Part shown: positions 29,373 to 41,404 of the stretch, one piece after another | How positions within the stretch are numbered: the first letter of the stretch is position 1 | How the letters are laid out: the number at the start of each line of letters is the position of its first letter | Assembly: GCF_024700885.2 (NCBI RefSeq) | Contig: NZ_CP117016.1 | DNA from: Escherichia coli | Lineage (GTDB): Bacteria > Pseudomonadota > Gammaproteobacteria > Enterobacterales > Enterobacteriaceae | Length of the DNA: 64,000 bases | Reading direction: 5' to 3' (one strand) | Program-made: the position numbers and the translations under genes | Notes under the pieces: model-generated | Database searches by the model: none | Told to the model about the DNA's origin: nothing | Seen by the model: only the letters and a program-made list of their open reading frames with translations

Positions 29373-30565
29373 CAGATTTCCCCTCGTGCTTTCAAAATAT
29401 CGTGAACGGTGAAGATGTCTTTATCGCCGCGACCGGAAAGGTTAACCACCAGTAGCTGCTCTTTTTCCGGGTTTTCGCGCATCATTTTCAGCGCATGGGC
29501 CAGGGCGTGGGAGGATTCTAGCGCCGGGATGATCCCTTCGTGCAGGCACAGCGTTTTGAAGGCTTCCAGTGCTTCATCATCGGTAATTGACACGTAATCA
29601 GCGCGTCCAGTGCTGTTAAGATACGCGTGTTGTGGGCCGACAGACGGGAAATCCAGTCCGGCGGAGATGGAGTAAGATTCTTCAATCTGTCCATCTTCGG
29701 TTTGCATCATCGGCGCTTTCATACCGAAATAGATGCCCACGCGACCGTGTTTTAACGGTGCGCCGTGCTCGCCAGTTTCGATACCGTGACCGCCTGGTTC
29801 GACACCAATCAGGCCGACGTCGGTTTCGTTGATAAAATCAGCAAACATGCCGATGGCATTCGAACCGCCGCCAACACAGGCGATAACCGCATCCGGCAGG
29901 CGACCTTCTCTTTCCAGAATCTGCGCTTTCGTTTCTTCGCCAATCATTCGCTGAAACTCACGCACAATGGTCGGGTAAGGATGCGGGCCAGCCGCGGTGC
30001 CCAGCATATAGTGAGCGGTTTCATAACTGCCGGACCAGTCGCGTAGCGCCTCATTACAGGCATCTTTCAGCGTCGCGGAACCGCTATGCACCGGGATCAC
30101 TTCCGCACCCATTAAGCGCATACGAAAAACGTTAGGCGACTGGCGCTCGACGTCTTTGGCACCCATATAAATGCGACATTTCAGGCCGAGCAGGGCGCTG
30201 GCAAGGGCCGACGCCACGCCATGCTGACCGGCACCGGTTTCGGCGATGATTTCGGTTTTACCCATCCGCTTCGCCAGTAAAGCCTGACCGAGCACCTGGT
30301 TAGTTTTATGCGCGCCGCCGTGCAGCAAATCTTCGCGCTTGAGATACAGCGTGGTGTTAGTGCCAGCCGTGATGTTCTGGCATTTGGTGAGTGCGGTTGG
30401 ACGCCCGGCATAGTTTTTCAGCAGGTCGTTGAACTGGGCCTGAAATTCAGGATCTTTTTGCGCGCTGACAAAAGCTTCTTCCAGCTGGCGCAGAGCAGGC
30501 ATCAGGATTTGTGGCACGTACATGCCGCCAAACTCACCAAAATACGGGTTAAGTAATGTTGTCAT
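29372..30565 (-). CDS. trpB: Tryptophan synthase beta subunit
   Basis: 397 aa, [21 protein letters not shown]...; PLP-enzyme motifs. Confidence 0.97.
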
Positions 30566-30576
30566 TGTTCCTTTCC

Positions 30577-31938
30577 TTAATATGCGCGCAGCGTCTGGAA
30601 AACCGAGGCCAAAAGACGTGCGTCTTTGATGCCCGGTTGCGACTCTACAGCAGAATTAAAATCAAGTCCGGCGCAGCCGGTTTGTGCCGCTTCCACGCAG
30701 TTATCTGCGCCTAAGCCCCCCGCCAGCAGAACGTTGCCAAGCGATTGGCCGTTTAACAGTGACCAGTCGAAACGTTGACCGCTTCCACCCTGGCCGTTGT
30801 CTAAAACATATTTATCAACGTGCTGAAGCTCGCGGGCGGGCAGGGTTTCACCGACGCTTAATGCTTTCCAGATGGCAACGTGTGCTGGCAGAGCTTCACG
30901 CAGCGTATCGATATACAGCTGATCTTCATTACCATGCAGTTGCACTGCCGCCAGCGATAACACCTTAGCTTTGTCCACCACATCGGCAATATCGTGATTG
31001 CGGAACACGCCAACATACTGCAACGGTGCCGCAGCCATCACTTCCTGCGCCTGTTCAACGTTGACGCAACGCGGTGATGTCGCAACAAAAATCAACCCAC
31101 CGTAAATCGCGCCCGCGTCATAAGCTGCTTTAGCATCTTGCCCACGCGTCAGGCCACATACTTTATTCTCACCCAGCAACACCCGGCGCACGGCGGCGTT
31201 CAAATCGTCATGGGCCATCAACGCCGAACCAATCAGAAAACCGTTAGCGAAGTGGCTTAACTCGCGCACCTGAGCGTAAGTATTGATGCCGGATTCGCTG
31301 ATTACCGTCACGTTGTGCCCCAGTTTCGGCGCAAGCTCGCGGGTACGGTTGAGATCAATCGACAAATCGCGCAGGTCGCGGTTGTTAATGCCAACGACCT
31401 TTGCCCCCAATGCAATGGCGCGCTCCAGTTCCTCTTCATTACTGACTTCGGTCAGCACACCCATCTCCAGACTGTGGGCGACGGCGGCAAGCTGGCGATA
31501 TTGTTCATCGTCCAGCACCGACAGCATTAATAAGCAGGCATCGGCCTGGTAATAGCGCGCCAGATAGATCTGGTAAGGGTCGATAATAAAGTCTTTACAT
31601 AAAATCGGCTGGGGGGCGATTTGGCTGACGATGGGGAGGAAATCAAAGCTCCCCTGGAAATATTTCTCATCGGTCAGCACCGAAATTGCCGAAGCATAAT
31701 TTCTGTAAACGGTTGCAATGCGTGCCGGATCAAAATCATCGCGGATCACGCCTTTTGACGGTGACGCTTTTTTACACTCCAGAATAAACGCCGTGCGTGC
31801 ACCCTGTAGCGCATCATAAAAATGTCGCGTGCTCGGCTGAACCTCATTCTGAAAACTGGCCAGCGGTTGCTGCTGTTTGCGGGCTTCTACCCAAATCGCC
31901 TTGTCTGCGACGATTTTCGCTAAAACGGTTTGCATCAT
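30577..31938 (-). CDS. trpC: Bifunctional indole-3-glycerol-phosphate synthase / phosphoribosylanthranilate isomerase
   Basis: 453 aa, [26 protein letters not shown]. Confidence 0.97.
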
Positions 31939-33534
31939 TTACCCTCGTGCCGCCAGTGCGGTGACTCTGTCGTAAGCGGAACCACTACGCAGTACCTCAA
32001 GAACGGTTTGCGCATTGGCTTGCAGATCTTCATGGCCATGCAGGCGCATTAACATGGCGACGTTCGCCGCGACGGCTGCTTCATGGGCGGCGTCGCCTTT
32101 ACCTTGTAACAAGCGTGTTAAAATGTCACGGTTTTCTTCCGGTGTTCCGCCTGCCAGTTGCTCCTGGTGGTAGGGTGTCAGGCCAAAATCTTCAGCGGTC
32201 AATTGATAGCTCTTAATTTCGCCGTCATGCAGTTCGGCAACGATTGTCGGCGCGTGTAATGAAACTTCATCCATCCCGCCGCTGTGCACCACCGCCGCGC
32301 GTTGATACCCCAGCACGCGCAAAGTTTCGGCAATCGGCAGCACCAGTTCCGGGCTGTAGACACCAATTAATGCCAGTGGCGGATGTGCCGGGTTAATCAA
32401 TGGCCCCAACACGTTGAACAGGGTGCGGGTTTTCAGTTGCTGGCGAACCGGCATCGCGTGGCGGAATCCGGTGTGATATTTCGGCGCAAAGAGGAAACAG
32501 ACGCCTAACTCATCCAGCGCCTGGCGCGATTTATCGGCGTTCATATCAAGATTAATACCGAATGCCGCCAGCAGATCCGACGAACCGGATTTACTGGAGA
32601 CGCTACGGTTGCCGTGTTTCGCCACTTTCAGCCCACAGGCCGCGGCGACAAACGCACTGGCGGTAGAAATATTGATACTGTTACTGCCGTCACCACCGGT
32701 ACCGACGATATCGGCAAACAGATAATCAGGGCGCGGGAACGGCGCAGCATTTTCCAGAAGGGCAGTTGCTGCCCCGGCGATTTCGTTCGGGTGCTCGCCA
32801 CGAATTTTCATGCTTACCAGAGCCGCCGCGAGCTGTTCTGGCTTCAGCTCGCCACGCACCACCGCTGAAAACAGCTGGTGGCTTTCTTGCTGGCTAAGCG
32901 TCTGCGCCTGATACAGTTTTTCCAGAATCGGTTGCAGCGTGTTAGTCGGTTCCAGTTTCTGCTGCGCCCAGGCCAATGTTTGTTCCAGCAGGCGAGCGCC
33001 CTGGGTAGTAAGAATGGATTCCGGATGGAACTGGAATCCACAAACGCGATCTGCATCGTGACGCACCGCCATCACCATGCCATTAAAATGGGCGTTGATG
33101 GTTAAACCGGCCGGAATGTTACTGCCAACCAGCGAGTGATAACGCGCCACTGGCAGCGGGTTTGTTAATCCGGCAAACATCGCCTGACCGTCATGTTCAA
33201 TGCTGGAGGCTTTACCGTGAAGAATTTCGCCCGCCTGACCGACATACCCCCCATAAGCTTCGACAATCGCCTGATGACCGAGGCAAATGCCAATAATTGG
33301 CAGCTTGCCGCGCAGGCGGGTGAGGAGTTCTGGCATACAACCGGCTTCGCTTGGCACACCGGGGCCAGGAGAAAGCATCAGCACCGGATTGCTCATTGTC
33401 GCCAGGCGTTCAATTAAGGTCTGCGCCGGAATATGGTTGCGGTAAATCACCACGTTATGCCCATTGCTGCGCAACTGATCTGCCAGGTTGTAAGTAAAAG
33501 AGTCGATATTATCGAGCAGCAGAATGTCAGCCAT
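31939..33534 (-). CDS. trpD: Anthranilate synthase component II / anthranilate phosphoribosyltransferase
   Basis: 531 aa, [21 protein letters not shown]; start overlaps the trpE stop (TGATG). Confidence 0.97.
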   Translation of the reverse strand: MADILLLDNIDSFTYNLADQLRSNGHNVVIYRNHIPAQTLIERLATMSNPVLMLSPGPGVPSEAGCMPELLTRLRGKLPIIGICLGHQAIVEAYGGYVGQAGEILHGKASSIEHDGQAMFAGLTNPLPVARYHSLVGSNIPAGLTINAHFNGMVMAVRHDADRVCGFQFHPESILTTQGARLLEQTLAWAQQKLEPTNTLQPILEKLYQAQTLSQQESHQLFSAVVRGELKPEQLAAALVSMKIRGEHPNEIAGAATALLENAAPFPRPDYLFADIVGTGGDGSNSINISTASAFVAAACGLKVAKHGNRSVSSKSGSSDLLAAFGINLDMNADKSRQALDELGVCFLFAPKYHTGFRHAMPVRQQLKTRTLFNVLGPLINPAHPPLALIGVYSPELVLPIAETLRVLGYQRAAVVHSGGMDEVSLHAPTIVAELHDGEIKSYQLTAEDFGLTPYHQEQLAGGTPEENRDILTRLLQGKGDAAHEAAVAANVAMLMRLHGHEDLQANAQTVLEVLRSGSAYDRVTALAARG

Positions 33535-35096
33535 CAGAAAGTCTCCTGTGCATGATGCGCGGTGGCAATAGCGCGCAGTACAGCGCGGGCTTTATTACGG
33601 GTTTCGTCGGCTTCCGACTGCGGAACAGAATCAAGTACCACGCCAGCACCGGCTTGCACGGTGGCGATACCGTTTTCCACCAGTGCCGAGCGGATCACAA
33701 TGCAGGTGTCGAGATCGCCATGCGCGGTGAAATAACCTACCGCGCCGCCGTAGCTGCCGCGGCGACGACCTTCCGCCTCGGCAATTAACTGCATAGCGCG
33801 TACTTTCGGTGCACCGCTTAACGTCCCCATATTCATACAGGCGCGGTAAGCGTGCAGGGCGTCGAGATCGTGGCGCAGCTCACCGACCACGCGGGAGACC
33901 AGGTGCATCACGTAAGAGTAACGGTCAACTTTGGTGAGATCGGCGACGTAGCGGCTGCCGGGGGTGCAAATGCGTGCCAGATCATTACGGGCGAGATCCA
34001 CCAGCATCAGATGTTCAGAAAGCTCTTTATGATCGGTACGCATTTCCAGTTCGATGCGGCTGTCGAGGTCTCTGTCCAGTGAACCATCGGCACGACGACC
34101 GCGTGGACGTGTTCCGGCAATGGGGTAGATCTCAATCTGGCGGCTGGTGGCGTCATACTTGAGCGAACTTTCCGGCGACGCGCCAAACAGGGTGAAATCA
34201 TTATCCTGCATAAAAAACATGTACGGGCTGGGATTACTCTTTTTCAGCACGTAATAGGCCGCCAGCGGTGACGGGCAGGGCAGAGAGAAACGGCGAGATG
34301 GTACGACCTGGAAAATTTCTCCGGCGCGAATCGCTTTTTGCAACAAACGCACTACGCCACCGAACTCTTCATCGCTCTGGTTACATTCACAACGCATATG
34401 CGGCACGGAAACCACCGGCAGCGGTGGCGCGGTTTCAGTCAGTTGCTGGCGAAGATCGTTCAGGCGAGCAGTGAGACGTTGTTTTTCTTCTTCATTCGGA
34501 GCAAAAAGACTGGCCTGAATGCGGGTGCTTTTTTTCTGATGGTCAATCACCATCAGCGTTTCAGCGAGATAAAAACAGAAATCAGGACAGTTATTTTCCG
34601 CTGCCAGTTGTGGTAAATCTTCAAATCCCGCCACAAGGTCATAAGAGAACAGGCCGCCGAAGAACATTGCTTCTCGCTCTTCCCTCGGTACATTCAACAG
34701 ATTCTGCAATAAGCGGAAAGCGTCAAAAACCGAAAGGGAGCATAAGCGGGCGTCTTCATCCAGCAGTGGACTGACAGGGGGGAAGCGCAGCACACGGCAG
34801 TTTGGTGATTGTTCACTTTCCACACCCGCAGGCAGGGCGTTATCCAGTAGTGCCAGCAGGGCTTCGCCATTGCCGGAAAGTGCCTGAATTGTGACAGTGT
34901 CACCTAATGCTGTAATGCGCAGCGCACTGTCTATCAGCAGCAGACTTTTTAAATCATCTTTGCTGTCGATATCTGCGGATTCCAGCAGCAGCGTTGCTGG
35001 ACGATGCCCACACAACTGGTGAAAAAGCGCAGTCGGGTTGTCGCGATAAGCGCCTTCGCAGGTTAGCAGTTCGAGAGTCGGTTTTTGTGTTTGCAT
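33534..35096 (-). CDS. trpE: Anthranilate synthase component I
   Basis: 520 aa, [28 protein letters not shown]. Confidence 0.97.
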   Translation of the reverse strand: MQTQKPTLELLTCEGAYRDNPTALFHQLCGHRPATLLLESADIDSKDDLKSLLLIDSALRITALGDTVTIQALSGNGEALLALLDNALPAGVESEQSPNCRVLRFPPVSPLLDEDARLCSLSVFDAFRLLQNLLNVPREEREAMFFGGLFSYDLVAGFEDLPQLAAENNCPDFCFYLAETLMVIDHQKKSTRIQASLFAPNEEEKQRLTARLNDLRQQLTETAPPLPVVSVPHMRCECNQSDEEFGGVVRLLQKAIRAGEIFQVVPSRRFSLPCPSPLAAYYVLKKSNPSPYMFFMQDNDFTLFGASPESSLKYDATSRQIEIYPIAGTRPRGRRADGSLDRDLDSRIELEMRTDHKELSEHLMLVDLARNDLARICTPGSRYVADLTKVDRYSYVMHLVSRVVGELRHDLDALHAYRACMNMGTLSGAPKVRAMQLIAEAEGRRRGSYGGAVGYFTAHGDLDTCIVIRSALVENGIATVQAGAGVVLDSVPQSEADETRNKARAVLRAIATAHHAQETF

Positions 35097-35116
35097 TGTT
35101 ATTCTCTAATTTTGTT

Positions 35117-35145
35117 CAAAAAAAAGCCCGCTCATTAGGCGGGCT
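35117..35145 (-). terminator. trp attenuator (3:4 terminator hairpin plus U tract)
   Basis: Minus strand reads agcccgc-ctaatga-gcgggct followed by tttttttt. Confidence 0.95.
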
Positions 35146-35187
35146 GGGTATCTGATTGCTTTACGCATGGTGAATACACTGCCCGTT

Positions 35188-35232
35188 TCAGGAAGTGCGC
35201 CACCAACCTTTCAGTACGAAAATTGCTTTCAT
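35188..35232 (-). CDS. trpL: trp operon leader peptide (14 aa, tandem Trp codons)
   Basis: Minus strand atgaaagcaattttcgtactgaaaggttggtggcgcacttcctga = [14 protein letters not shown]. Confidence 0.95.
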
Positions 35233-35258
35233 TGTCGATACCCTTTTTACGTGAACTT

Positions 35259-35296
35259 GCGTACTAGTTAACTAGTTCGATGATTAATTGTCAACA
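35259..35296 (-). promoter_or_regulatory. trp promoter (-35 TTGACA, -10 TTAACT) with overlapping TrpR operator palindrome
   Basis: Minus strand TTGACAATTAATCATCGAACTAGTTAACTAGTACGCAAG; -35 at 35294..35289, -10 at 35271..35266; operator palindrome about 35261..35280. Confidence 0.93.
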
Positions 35297-35369
35297 GCTC
35301 ATTTCAGAATATTTGCCAGAACCGTTATGATGTCGGCGCAAAAAACATTATCCAGAACGGGAGTGCGCC

Positions 35370-36251
35370 TTGAGCGACACGAATTACGCAGTGATTTACG
35401 ACCTGCACAGCCATACCACAGCTTCCGATGGCTGCCTGACGCCAGAAGCATTGGTGCACCGTGCAGTCGAGATGCGCGTCGGCACCCTGGCGATCACCGA
35501 CCATGACACCACAGCTGCAATCTCACCAGCAAGAGAGGAAATTTCACGTTCGGGACTGGCGCTGAATCTTATTCCCGGCGTGGAAATCTCCACGGTCTGG
35601 GAAAATCATGAAATTCATATTGTCGGGCTGAATATTGATATTACTCATCCGCTAATGTGTGAGTTCCTCGCGCAGCAGACAGAACGGCGCAATCAGCGGG
35701 CGCAGCTGATTGCCGAAAGACTTGAAAAAGCGCAAATACCTGGGGCACTGGAAGGCGCGCAACGACTGGCGCAGGGCGGTGCGGTGACGCGCGGTCATTT
35801 TGCGCGTTTCCTTGTGGAGTGCGGCAAAGCCAGTTCAATGGCGGATGTCTTTAAAAAATATCTGGCGCGCGGGAAAACCGGATACGTTCCGCCACAGTGG
35901 TGTACAATAGAACAAGCTATTGATGTCATTCATCATTCTGGCGGTAAGGCGGTGCTAGCTCATCCTGGGCGGTACAATCTTAGTGCTAAATGGCTGAAAA
36001 GATTGGTTGCGCATTTTGCCGAACACCACGGCGACGCGATGGAAGTCGCGCAGTGCCAGCAATCGCCCAATGAACGCACCCAGCTGGCGACACTTGCGCG
36101 TCAGCATCATTTATGGGCATCACAAGGATCTGATTTTCATCAGCCATGCCCGTGGATCGAACTGGGTCGTAAACTCTGGCTGCCCGCAGGCGTTGAAGGC
36201 GTCTGGCAGCTATGGGAACAGCCGCAGAACACCACAGAGAGGGAATTATGA
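35370..36251 (+). CDS. trpH: PHP-domain phosphoesterase TrpH (YciV)
   Basis: 293 aa with TTG start, MSDTNYAVIYDLHSHTTASDG (PHP motif). Confidence 0.92.
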   Translation: MSDTNYAVIYDLHSHTTASDGCLTPEALVHRAVEMRVGTLAITDHDTTAAISPAREEISRSGLALNLIPGVEISTVWENHEIHIVGLNIDITHPLMCEFLAQQTERRNQRAQLIAERLEKAQIPGALEGAQRLAQGGAVTRGHFARFLVECGKASSMADVFKKYLARGKTGYVPPQWCTIEQAIDVIHHSGGKAVLAHPGRYNLSAKWLKRLVAHFAEHHGDAMEVAQCQQSPNERTQLATLARQHHLWASQGSDFHQPCPWIELGRKLWLPAGVEGVWQLWEQPQNTTEREL

Positions 36252-36868
36252 GCCAGTTTTTTTATATTCATCCTGATAATCCGCAGCAACGTCTGATCAA
36301 CCAGGCGGTGGAGATCGTGCGTAAAGGCGGGGTGATTGTTTATCCAACCGATTCCGGCTATGCGCTCGGCTGTAAAATTGAAGATAAAAACGCCATGGAG
36401 CGTATTTGTCGAATTCGCCAGCTGCCGGACGGTCACAACTTTACCCTGATGTGTCGCGATCTTTCTGAACTCTCGACCTATTCATTTGTCGATAACGTTG
36501 CGTTTCGTTTAATGAAAAACAACACGCCGGGCAACTATACCTTCATCCTGAAGGGGACGAAGGAAGTGCCACGCCGTCTGTTGCAGGAAAAACGCAAAAC
36601 CATCGGTATGCGTGTGCCTTCTAACCCGATTGCGCAGGCGCTGCTTGAAGCATTGGGCGAACCGATGCTTTCCACATCACTGATGCTGCCAGGTAGCGAA
36701 TTTACCGAATCCGATCCGGAAGAAATTAAAGACCGTCTGGAAAAACAGGTGGACTTGATTATTCACGGCGGCTATCTCGGGCAGAAACCAACAACGGTTA
36801 TTGATCTTACTGATGATACGCCGGTCGTGGTGCGTGAAGGCGTAGGTGATGTGAAGCCTTTCTTATAA
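36248..36868 (+). CDS. yciO: YciO, Sua5/YrdC-family putative RNA-binding protein
   Basis: MSQFFYIHPDNPQQRLINQAVEIVRKGGVIVYPTDSGYALGC; ATG overlaps the trpH stop. Confidence 0.92.
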   Translation: MSQFFYIHPDNPQQRLINQAVEIVRKGGVIVYPTDSGYALGCKIEDKNAMERICRIRQLPDGHNFTLMCRDLSELSTYSFVDNVAFRLMKNNTPGNYTFILKGTKEVPRRLLQEKRKTIGMRVPSNPIAQALLEALGEPMLSTSLMLPGSEFTESDPEEIKDRLEKQVDLIIHGGYLGQKPTTVIDLTDDTPVVVREGVGDVKPFL

Positions 36869-36895
36869 CAAATTGCGTTCCACGGATGGAAGACT

Positions 36896-38791
36896 ATGGC
36901 AGGGAAGTTTCGCTGCATTTTGCTGTTGATAGCAGGGCTGTTTGTATCATCTCTAAGTTATGCAGAAAACACGGAGATCCCTTCTTATGAAGAAGGGATC
37001 TCGCTCTTTGATGTTGAAGCCACCCTGCAACTGGATGGGGTGCTCGACATCAAAGAGAACATTCATTTTCAGGCGCGAAATCAGCAGATTAAGCACGGAT
37101 TTTATCGTGATTTACCACGACTATGGATGCAGCCTGATGGTGACGCTGCACTGCTGAACTATCATATTGTTGGCGTCACCCGTGATGGTGTTCCTGAACC
37201 CTGGCATCTTGACTGGCATATCGGTTTAATGAGTATTGTCGTGGGCGATAAACAACGTTTCTTGCCTCAAGGTGACTATCATTATCAAATTCATTATCAG
37301 GTTAAAAATGCTTTCCTGCGTGAGGGAGATTCTGATCTGTTAATCTGGAACGTGACCGGTAACAAGTGGCCGTTTGAAATTTATAAGACCCGATTTTCTC
37401 TCCAGATCTCTAATATTGCGGGTAATCCATTTAGCGAAATTGATCTCTTTACCGGAGAAGAGGGCGACACATATCGAAATGGCCGCATCCTTGAGGACGG
37501 AAGAATTGAATCCCGCGATCCGTTTTATCGTGAAGACTTCACGGTCCTCTATCGCTGGCCTCACGCTTTACTTAGCAATGCCCCGGCTCTACAAACGACG
37601 AATATTTTCAGCCATCTTCTTTTACCCTCCACGTCATCGTTGTTAATTTGGTTTCCGTGTCTGCTCATGGTTTGTGGATGGTTATATCTCTGGAAGCGCA
37701 GGCCGCAATTTACGCCGGTAGATGTGATTGAAACCGATGTCATTCCGCCAGATTACACGCCCGGCATGTTACGTCTCGATGCGAAGCTGGTTTACGACGA
37801 TAAAGGTTTTTGTGCCGATATCGTAAATCTGATTGTGAAAGGCAAAATTCATCTGGAAGATCAGTATGACAAGAACCAGCAAATCCTGATTCGTGTTAAT
37901 GAAGGCGCGACCAGAAATAATGCGGTATTACTGCCCGCAGAGCAGTTATTACTGGAAGCGTTATTTCGTAAAGGCGATAAGGTCGTTCTTACGGGGAGAC
38001 GCAACAGAGTGTTACGCAGGGCATTTTTACGGATGCAGAAATTTTATCTGCCGCGTAAAAAGTCTTCGTTTTACCGACCTGATGCGTTTTTGCAATGGGG
38101 CGGAATGGCAATATTGGCGGTCATTCTCTACGGTAACCTGAGTCCCGTAGGCTGGGCAGGAATGAGTCTGGTGGGCGATATGTTTATTATGATCTGCTGG
38201 TTTCTTCCTTTTTTATTTTGTTCCCTTGAGCTTTTATTTGCCCGCGATGATGACAAGCCTTGCGTTAATCGTGTAATCATCACTTTGTTTTTACCGCTGA
38301 TTTGTTCAGGCGTGGCCTTTTATTCTCTCTATATCAATGTCGGAGATGTATTCTTTTACTGGTATATGCCAGCGGGTTATTTTAGCGCTGTTTTCCTGAC
38401 CGGTTATCTCACTGGCATGGGGTATATTTTTCTGCCAAAGTTTACCCAAACTGGGCAGCAACGTTATGCCCACGGTGAAGCTATCGTTAACTATCTTGCG
38501 CGTAAAGAGGCGGCAACACACAGTGGGCGGCGGCGGAAAGGGGAAACACGGAAACTGGATTACGCGTTGTTAGGTTGGGCGGTCTCGGCAAACCTTGGCA
38601 GAGAATGGGCAGCACGTATCACCCCATCACTCACAGCGGCTGTTAGCGCCCCGGAAATTGCCCGTAGTGGTGTTTTATTCTCATTGCAGACGCACCTGAG
38701 TTGCGGGGCCTATACCAGTTTGTTGGGGCGGAGCTATTCCGGTGGTGGTGCTGGCGGCGGTGCGGGTGGCGGAGGCGGTGGTGGTTGGTAA
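36896..38791 (+). CDS. yciQ: YciQ, predicted inner-membrane protein with Gly-rich C-terminal tail
   Basis: 631-aa ORF with N-terminal signal/TM segment, later TM helices and a C-terminal GGGAGGGAGGGGGGGW tail; position as in K-12. Confidence 0.88.
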   Translation: MAGKFRCILLLIAGLFVSSLSYAENTEIPSYEEGISLFDVEATLQLDGVLDIKENIHFQARNQQIKHGFYRDLPRLWMQPDGDAALLNYHIVGVTRDGVPEPWHLDWHIGLMSIVVGDKQRFLPQGDYHYQIHYQVKNAFLREGDSDLLIWNVTGNKWPFEIYKTRFSLQISNIAGNPFSEIDLFTGEEGDTYRNGRILEDGRIESRDPFYREDFTVLYRWPHALLSNAPALQTTNIFSHLLLPSTSSLLIWFPCLLMVCGWLYLWKRRPQFTPVDVIETDVIPPDYTPGMLRLDAKLVYDDKGFCADIVNLIVKGKIHLEDQYDKNQQILIRVNEGATRNNAVLLPAEQLLLEALFRKGDKVVLTGRRNRVLRRAFLRMQKFYLPRKKSSFYRPDAFLQWGGMAILAVILYGNLSPVGWAGMSLVGDMFIMICWFLPFLFCSLELLFARDDDKPCVNRVIITLFLPLICSGVAFYSLYINVGDVFFYWYMPAGYFSAVFLTGYLTGMGYIFLPKFTQTGQQRYAHGEAIVNYLARKEAATHSGRRRKGETRKLDYALLGWAVSANLGREWAARITPSLTAAVSAPEIARSGVLFSLQTHLSCGAYTSLLGRSYSGGGAGGGAGGGGGGGW

Positions 38792-39001
38792 CCAAATCGA
38801 CGTTAATCGAAACAAGCTTTAACCATAAAGATAGTGTAGTATGTTGCGCCTCAAAGCCAGGCCGATAAACGTCGAGTCGTTTACTTAAGGCCTGAAGAGT
38901 TCAAACAGACTTTACTATCAGTGAGTCAGATGTAAGTTCTGACTCACTGTTGCACAAAAGCATATCAGACGCCTGGGAAGGCGACACCAAAAGGAAGCTC
39001 T

Positions 39002-39877
39002 ATGAGCGAAAAGCTACAGAAAGTGCTGGCGCGTGCCGGCCACGGTTCTCGCCGTGAAATCGAATCTATTATTGAAGCCGGTCGTGTGAGTGTTGATGGC
39101 AAAATTGCTAAACTCGGCGATCGTGTTGAAATTACCCCTGGATTGAAAATCCGTATCGATGGTCACCTGATTTCGGTACGTGAGTCCGCTGAACAAATTT
39201 GTCGCGTTCTGGCCTATTACAAACCGGAAGGTGAGTTGTGTACCCGTAACGATCCGGAAGGACGTCCAACGGTGTTTGACCGTCTGCCAAAACTGCGTGG
39301 CGCACGCTGGATTGCCGTGGGTCGCCTGGACGTTAATACCTGTGGTCTGCTGCTGTTCACCACCGATGGTGAACTGGCAAACCGTTTAATGCACCCAAGC
39401 CGTGAAGTTGAACGTGAATATGCCGTGCGTGTATTTGGTCAGGTTGACGACGCGAAACTGCGTGATTTGAGTCGTGGCGTGCAGTTGGAAGATGGTCCGG
39501 CAGCCTTTAAAACCATCAAGTTCAGCGGCGGCGAAGGGATCAACCAGTGGTACAACGTTACTCTGACCGAAGGCCGTAACCGTGAAGTTCGTCGTCTTTG
39601 GGAAGCGGTTGGTGTGCAGGTAAGCCGCCTGATTCGTGTTCGTTACGGTGATATCCCACTGCCAAAAGGTCTGCCACGCGGTGGCTGGACGGAGCTGGAC
39701 CTCGCCCAGACTAACTATCTGCGCGAACTGGTGGAGCTACCGCCAGAAACCAGCTCTAAAGTTGCCGTAGAAAAAGACCGTCGTCGTATGAAGGCGAATC
39801 AGATTCGTCGTGCGGTGAAACGTCATAGCCAGGTGAGCGGTGGTCGCCGTTCTGGCGGACGTAATAATAACGGTTAA
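39002..39877 (+). CDS. rluB: 23S rRNA pseudouridine(2605) synthase
   Basis: 291 aa, S4 domain then RsuA-family catalytic motif, Arg/Gly-rich C-terminal tail. Confidence 0.95.
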   Translation: MSEKLQKVLARAGHGSRREIESIIEAGRVSVDGKIAKLGDRVEITPGLKIRIDGHLISVRESAEQICRVLAYYKPEGELCTRNDPEGRPTVFDRLPKLRGARWIAVGRLDVNTCGLLLFTTDGELANRLMHPSREVEREYAVRVFGQVDDAKLRDLSRGVQLEDGPAAFKTIKFSGGEGINQWYNVTLTEGRNREVRRLWEAVGVQVSRLIRVRYGDIPLPKGLPRGGWTELDLAQTNYLRELVELPPETSSKVAVEKDRRRMKANQIRRAVKRHSQVSGGRRSGGRNNNG

Positions 39878-39898
39878 TTTAAGATAAGTATAAAATAA

Positions 39899-39920
39899 AG
39901 GCCCTGCGGGGCCTTTTCTT
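39899..39920 (+). terminator. rluB rho-independent terminator
   Basis: aggccc-tgcg-gggcct followed by tttt. Confidence 0.7.
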
Positions 39921-40046
39921 CATTTGAAGCATGATAAATAGTCGCAGTATTTTAATTTAATTTCATACTTGCTTATGAATAATACCCAGAAATAGCCACG
40001 TTACTATTTAATTATCTGAGATAAACTCAACGTCAAGAGGTGGGTT

Positions 40047-41069
40047 ATGATTAGATATAGTGGAATATTTCTATCGCTGTTAATGCTTTCAGGTTGTGCA
40101 ACCGATGCATTGAAAAATGAACAAGCCGAAACTGTTATTACTGCGGGTAACAAGGCGGTGGCGGCGAATGCAAGTTTCTTTAAACAATACTATGCTTCTC
40201 GTGAAAACTTCCTTGTTAATTTTTATGCGACTAATCCGGAGTGTGCACCTCGACCAGATTATGAGGTAGTTATTGAAAACAGTACCAGTGATGAGTCATT
40301 ATGTCAGCAACCTGGAGATAAGCACAAAAAATCTCAAGAAGATCTTTTTACTACAAAGATAGTCGCTACTGAAAAAGAAAGATTGCTGGCTTCTATGGAA
40401 ATCATTAGCAGTATGAGTTCTTATGTCGAACTTTTGAATGAGGATTTAGATGTTAAAGACAGCAAACAGTTCATATTGCTTAAACAAGCTCTGGATCACG
40501 CGAATAATGCGGGGGCACTTCTGGGCATCAATGGTGGTGGAACATTAACAAAATCTGCAGCAGCGGTTAAAGATTTAGTGGTTTATTTCAATGGGTTGTA
40601 TAATACAAGGGTAAGCGCAGGGAATATAGGTAGTACGGTAAATAAACATTGGCAAAGAATAAAAAATGATCTAACTGATATACGAAACGATATCGCGACA
40701 AAAGGTAAACAAACTGGAAGAAATACCTTTGCGACGGTACATAATAATCTCGTTTATTACAATGCCTCCTTAAAAAAAGGAGGAGGTAATGAATTTAAGA
40801 CATTGAAGAGCAGACAAGAATTCCTGGCTGCGATTATCAGTATTAATGAAACACGTCTTCGTGCAGCAGATCCAGCTATTCCAGCAATACAAGCACTGAA
40901 CTCATTTCTTGACGAGGGAAATCACCTTAAGGATTTATACACTAATAAAATACGCACAGCGGCTGAACAAAAAAGATTAAATGAAATATTACGCGCACAG
41001 GTCATTAGTGGGTTAAAGGCGTCTGAGGGGCTGGCGAAATTACTTATTGCCAGCGGAATAATGTTATAG
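40047..41069 (+). CDS. Hypothetical lipoprotein (340 aa), islet-encoded
   Basis: Signal peptide with lipobox LLMLSGCAT (Cys17); RBS agaggtggg; AT-rich coding sequence; no family recognised; absent from this position in K-12. Confidence 0.6.
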   Translation: MIRYSGIFLSLLMLSGCATDALKNEQAETVITAGNKAVAANASFFKQYYASRENFLVNFYATNPECAPRPDYEVVIENSTSDESLCQQPGDKHKKSQEDLFTTKIVATEKERLLASMEIISSMSSYVELLNEDLDVKDSKQFILLKQALDHANNAGALLGINGGGTLTKSAAAVKDLVVYFNGLYNTRVSAGNIGSTVNKHWQRIKNDLTDIRNDIATKGKQTGRNTFATVHNNLVYYNASLKKGGGNEFKTLKSRQEFLAAIISINETRLRAADPAIPAIQALNSFLDEGNHLKDLYTNKIRTAAEQKRLNEILRAQVISGLKASEGLAKLLIASGIML

Positions 41070-41081
41070 GAGGGGCATTTT

Positions 41082-41390
41082 ATGAACGATGTACAAAACC
41101 GTAGAATACTGGCATTACTTGATATGCTGTATAATACTCTGGGCAACCAAACCACATGCAAGGTTTGTCATAAATATTTTATCCTTATCCTCACGGTGAT
41201 GAACAATCTGACGATTAACTACGGTACTGAAACTTCGCCAGAGTTAAGCGCAATCAGTTATGAAGATGCCAATGCGTTAATTACTGAACTGATATTATTT
41301 ATTGAAGATGTTGACGCTGAGAATCATGAAGCATATCCGGGACATTTGAATGAGATAAAACGGATTCTGAGTTTTGCTATTGCCGCTTGA
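41082..41390 (+). CDS. Hypothetical small protein (102 aa), cotranscribed with the upstream lipoprotein gene
   Basis: ATG 12 nt after the upstream stop, preceded by ggagggg; no signal peptide; acidic C-terminal half; no family recognised. Confidence 0.5.
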   Translation: MNDVQNRRILALLDMLYNTLGNQTTCKVCHKYFILILTVMNNLTINYGTETSPELSAISYEDANALITELILFIEDVDAENHEAYPGHLNEIKRILSFAIAA

Positions 41391-41404
41391 ATATAATTAT
41401 GATT

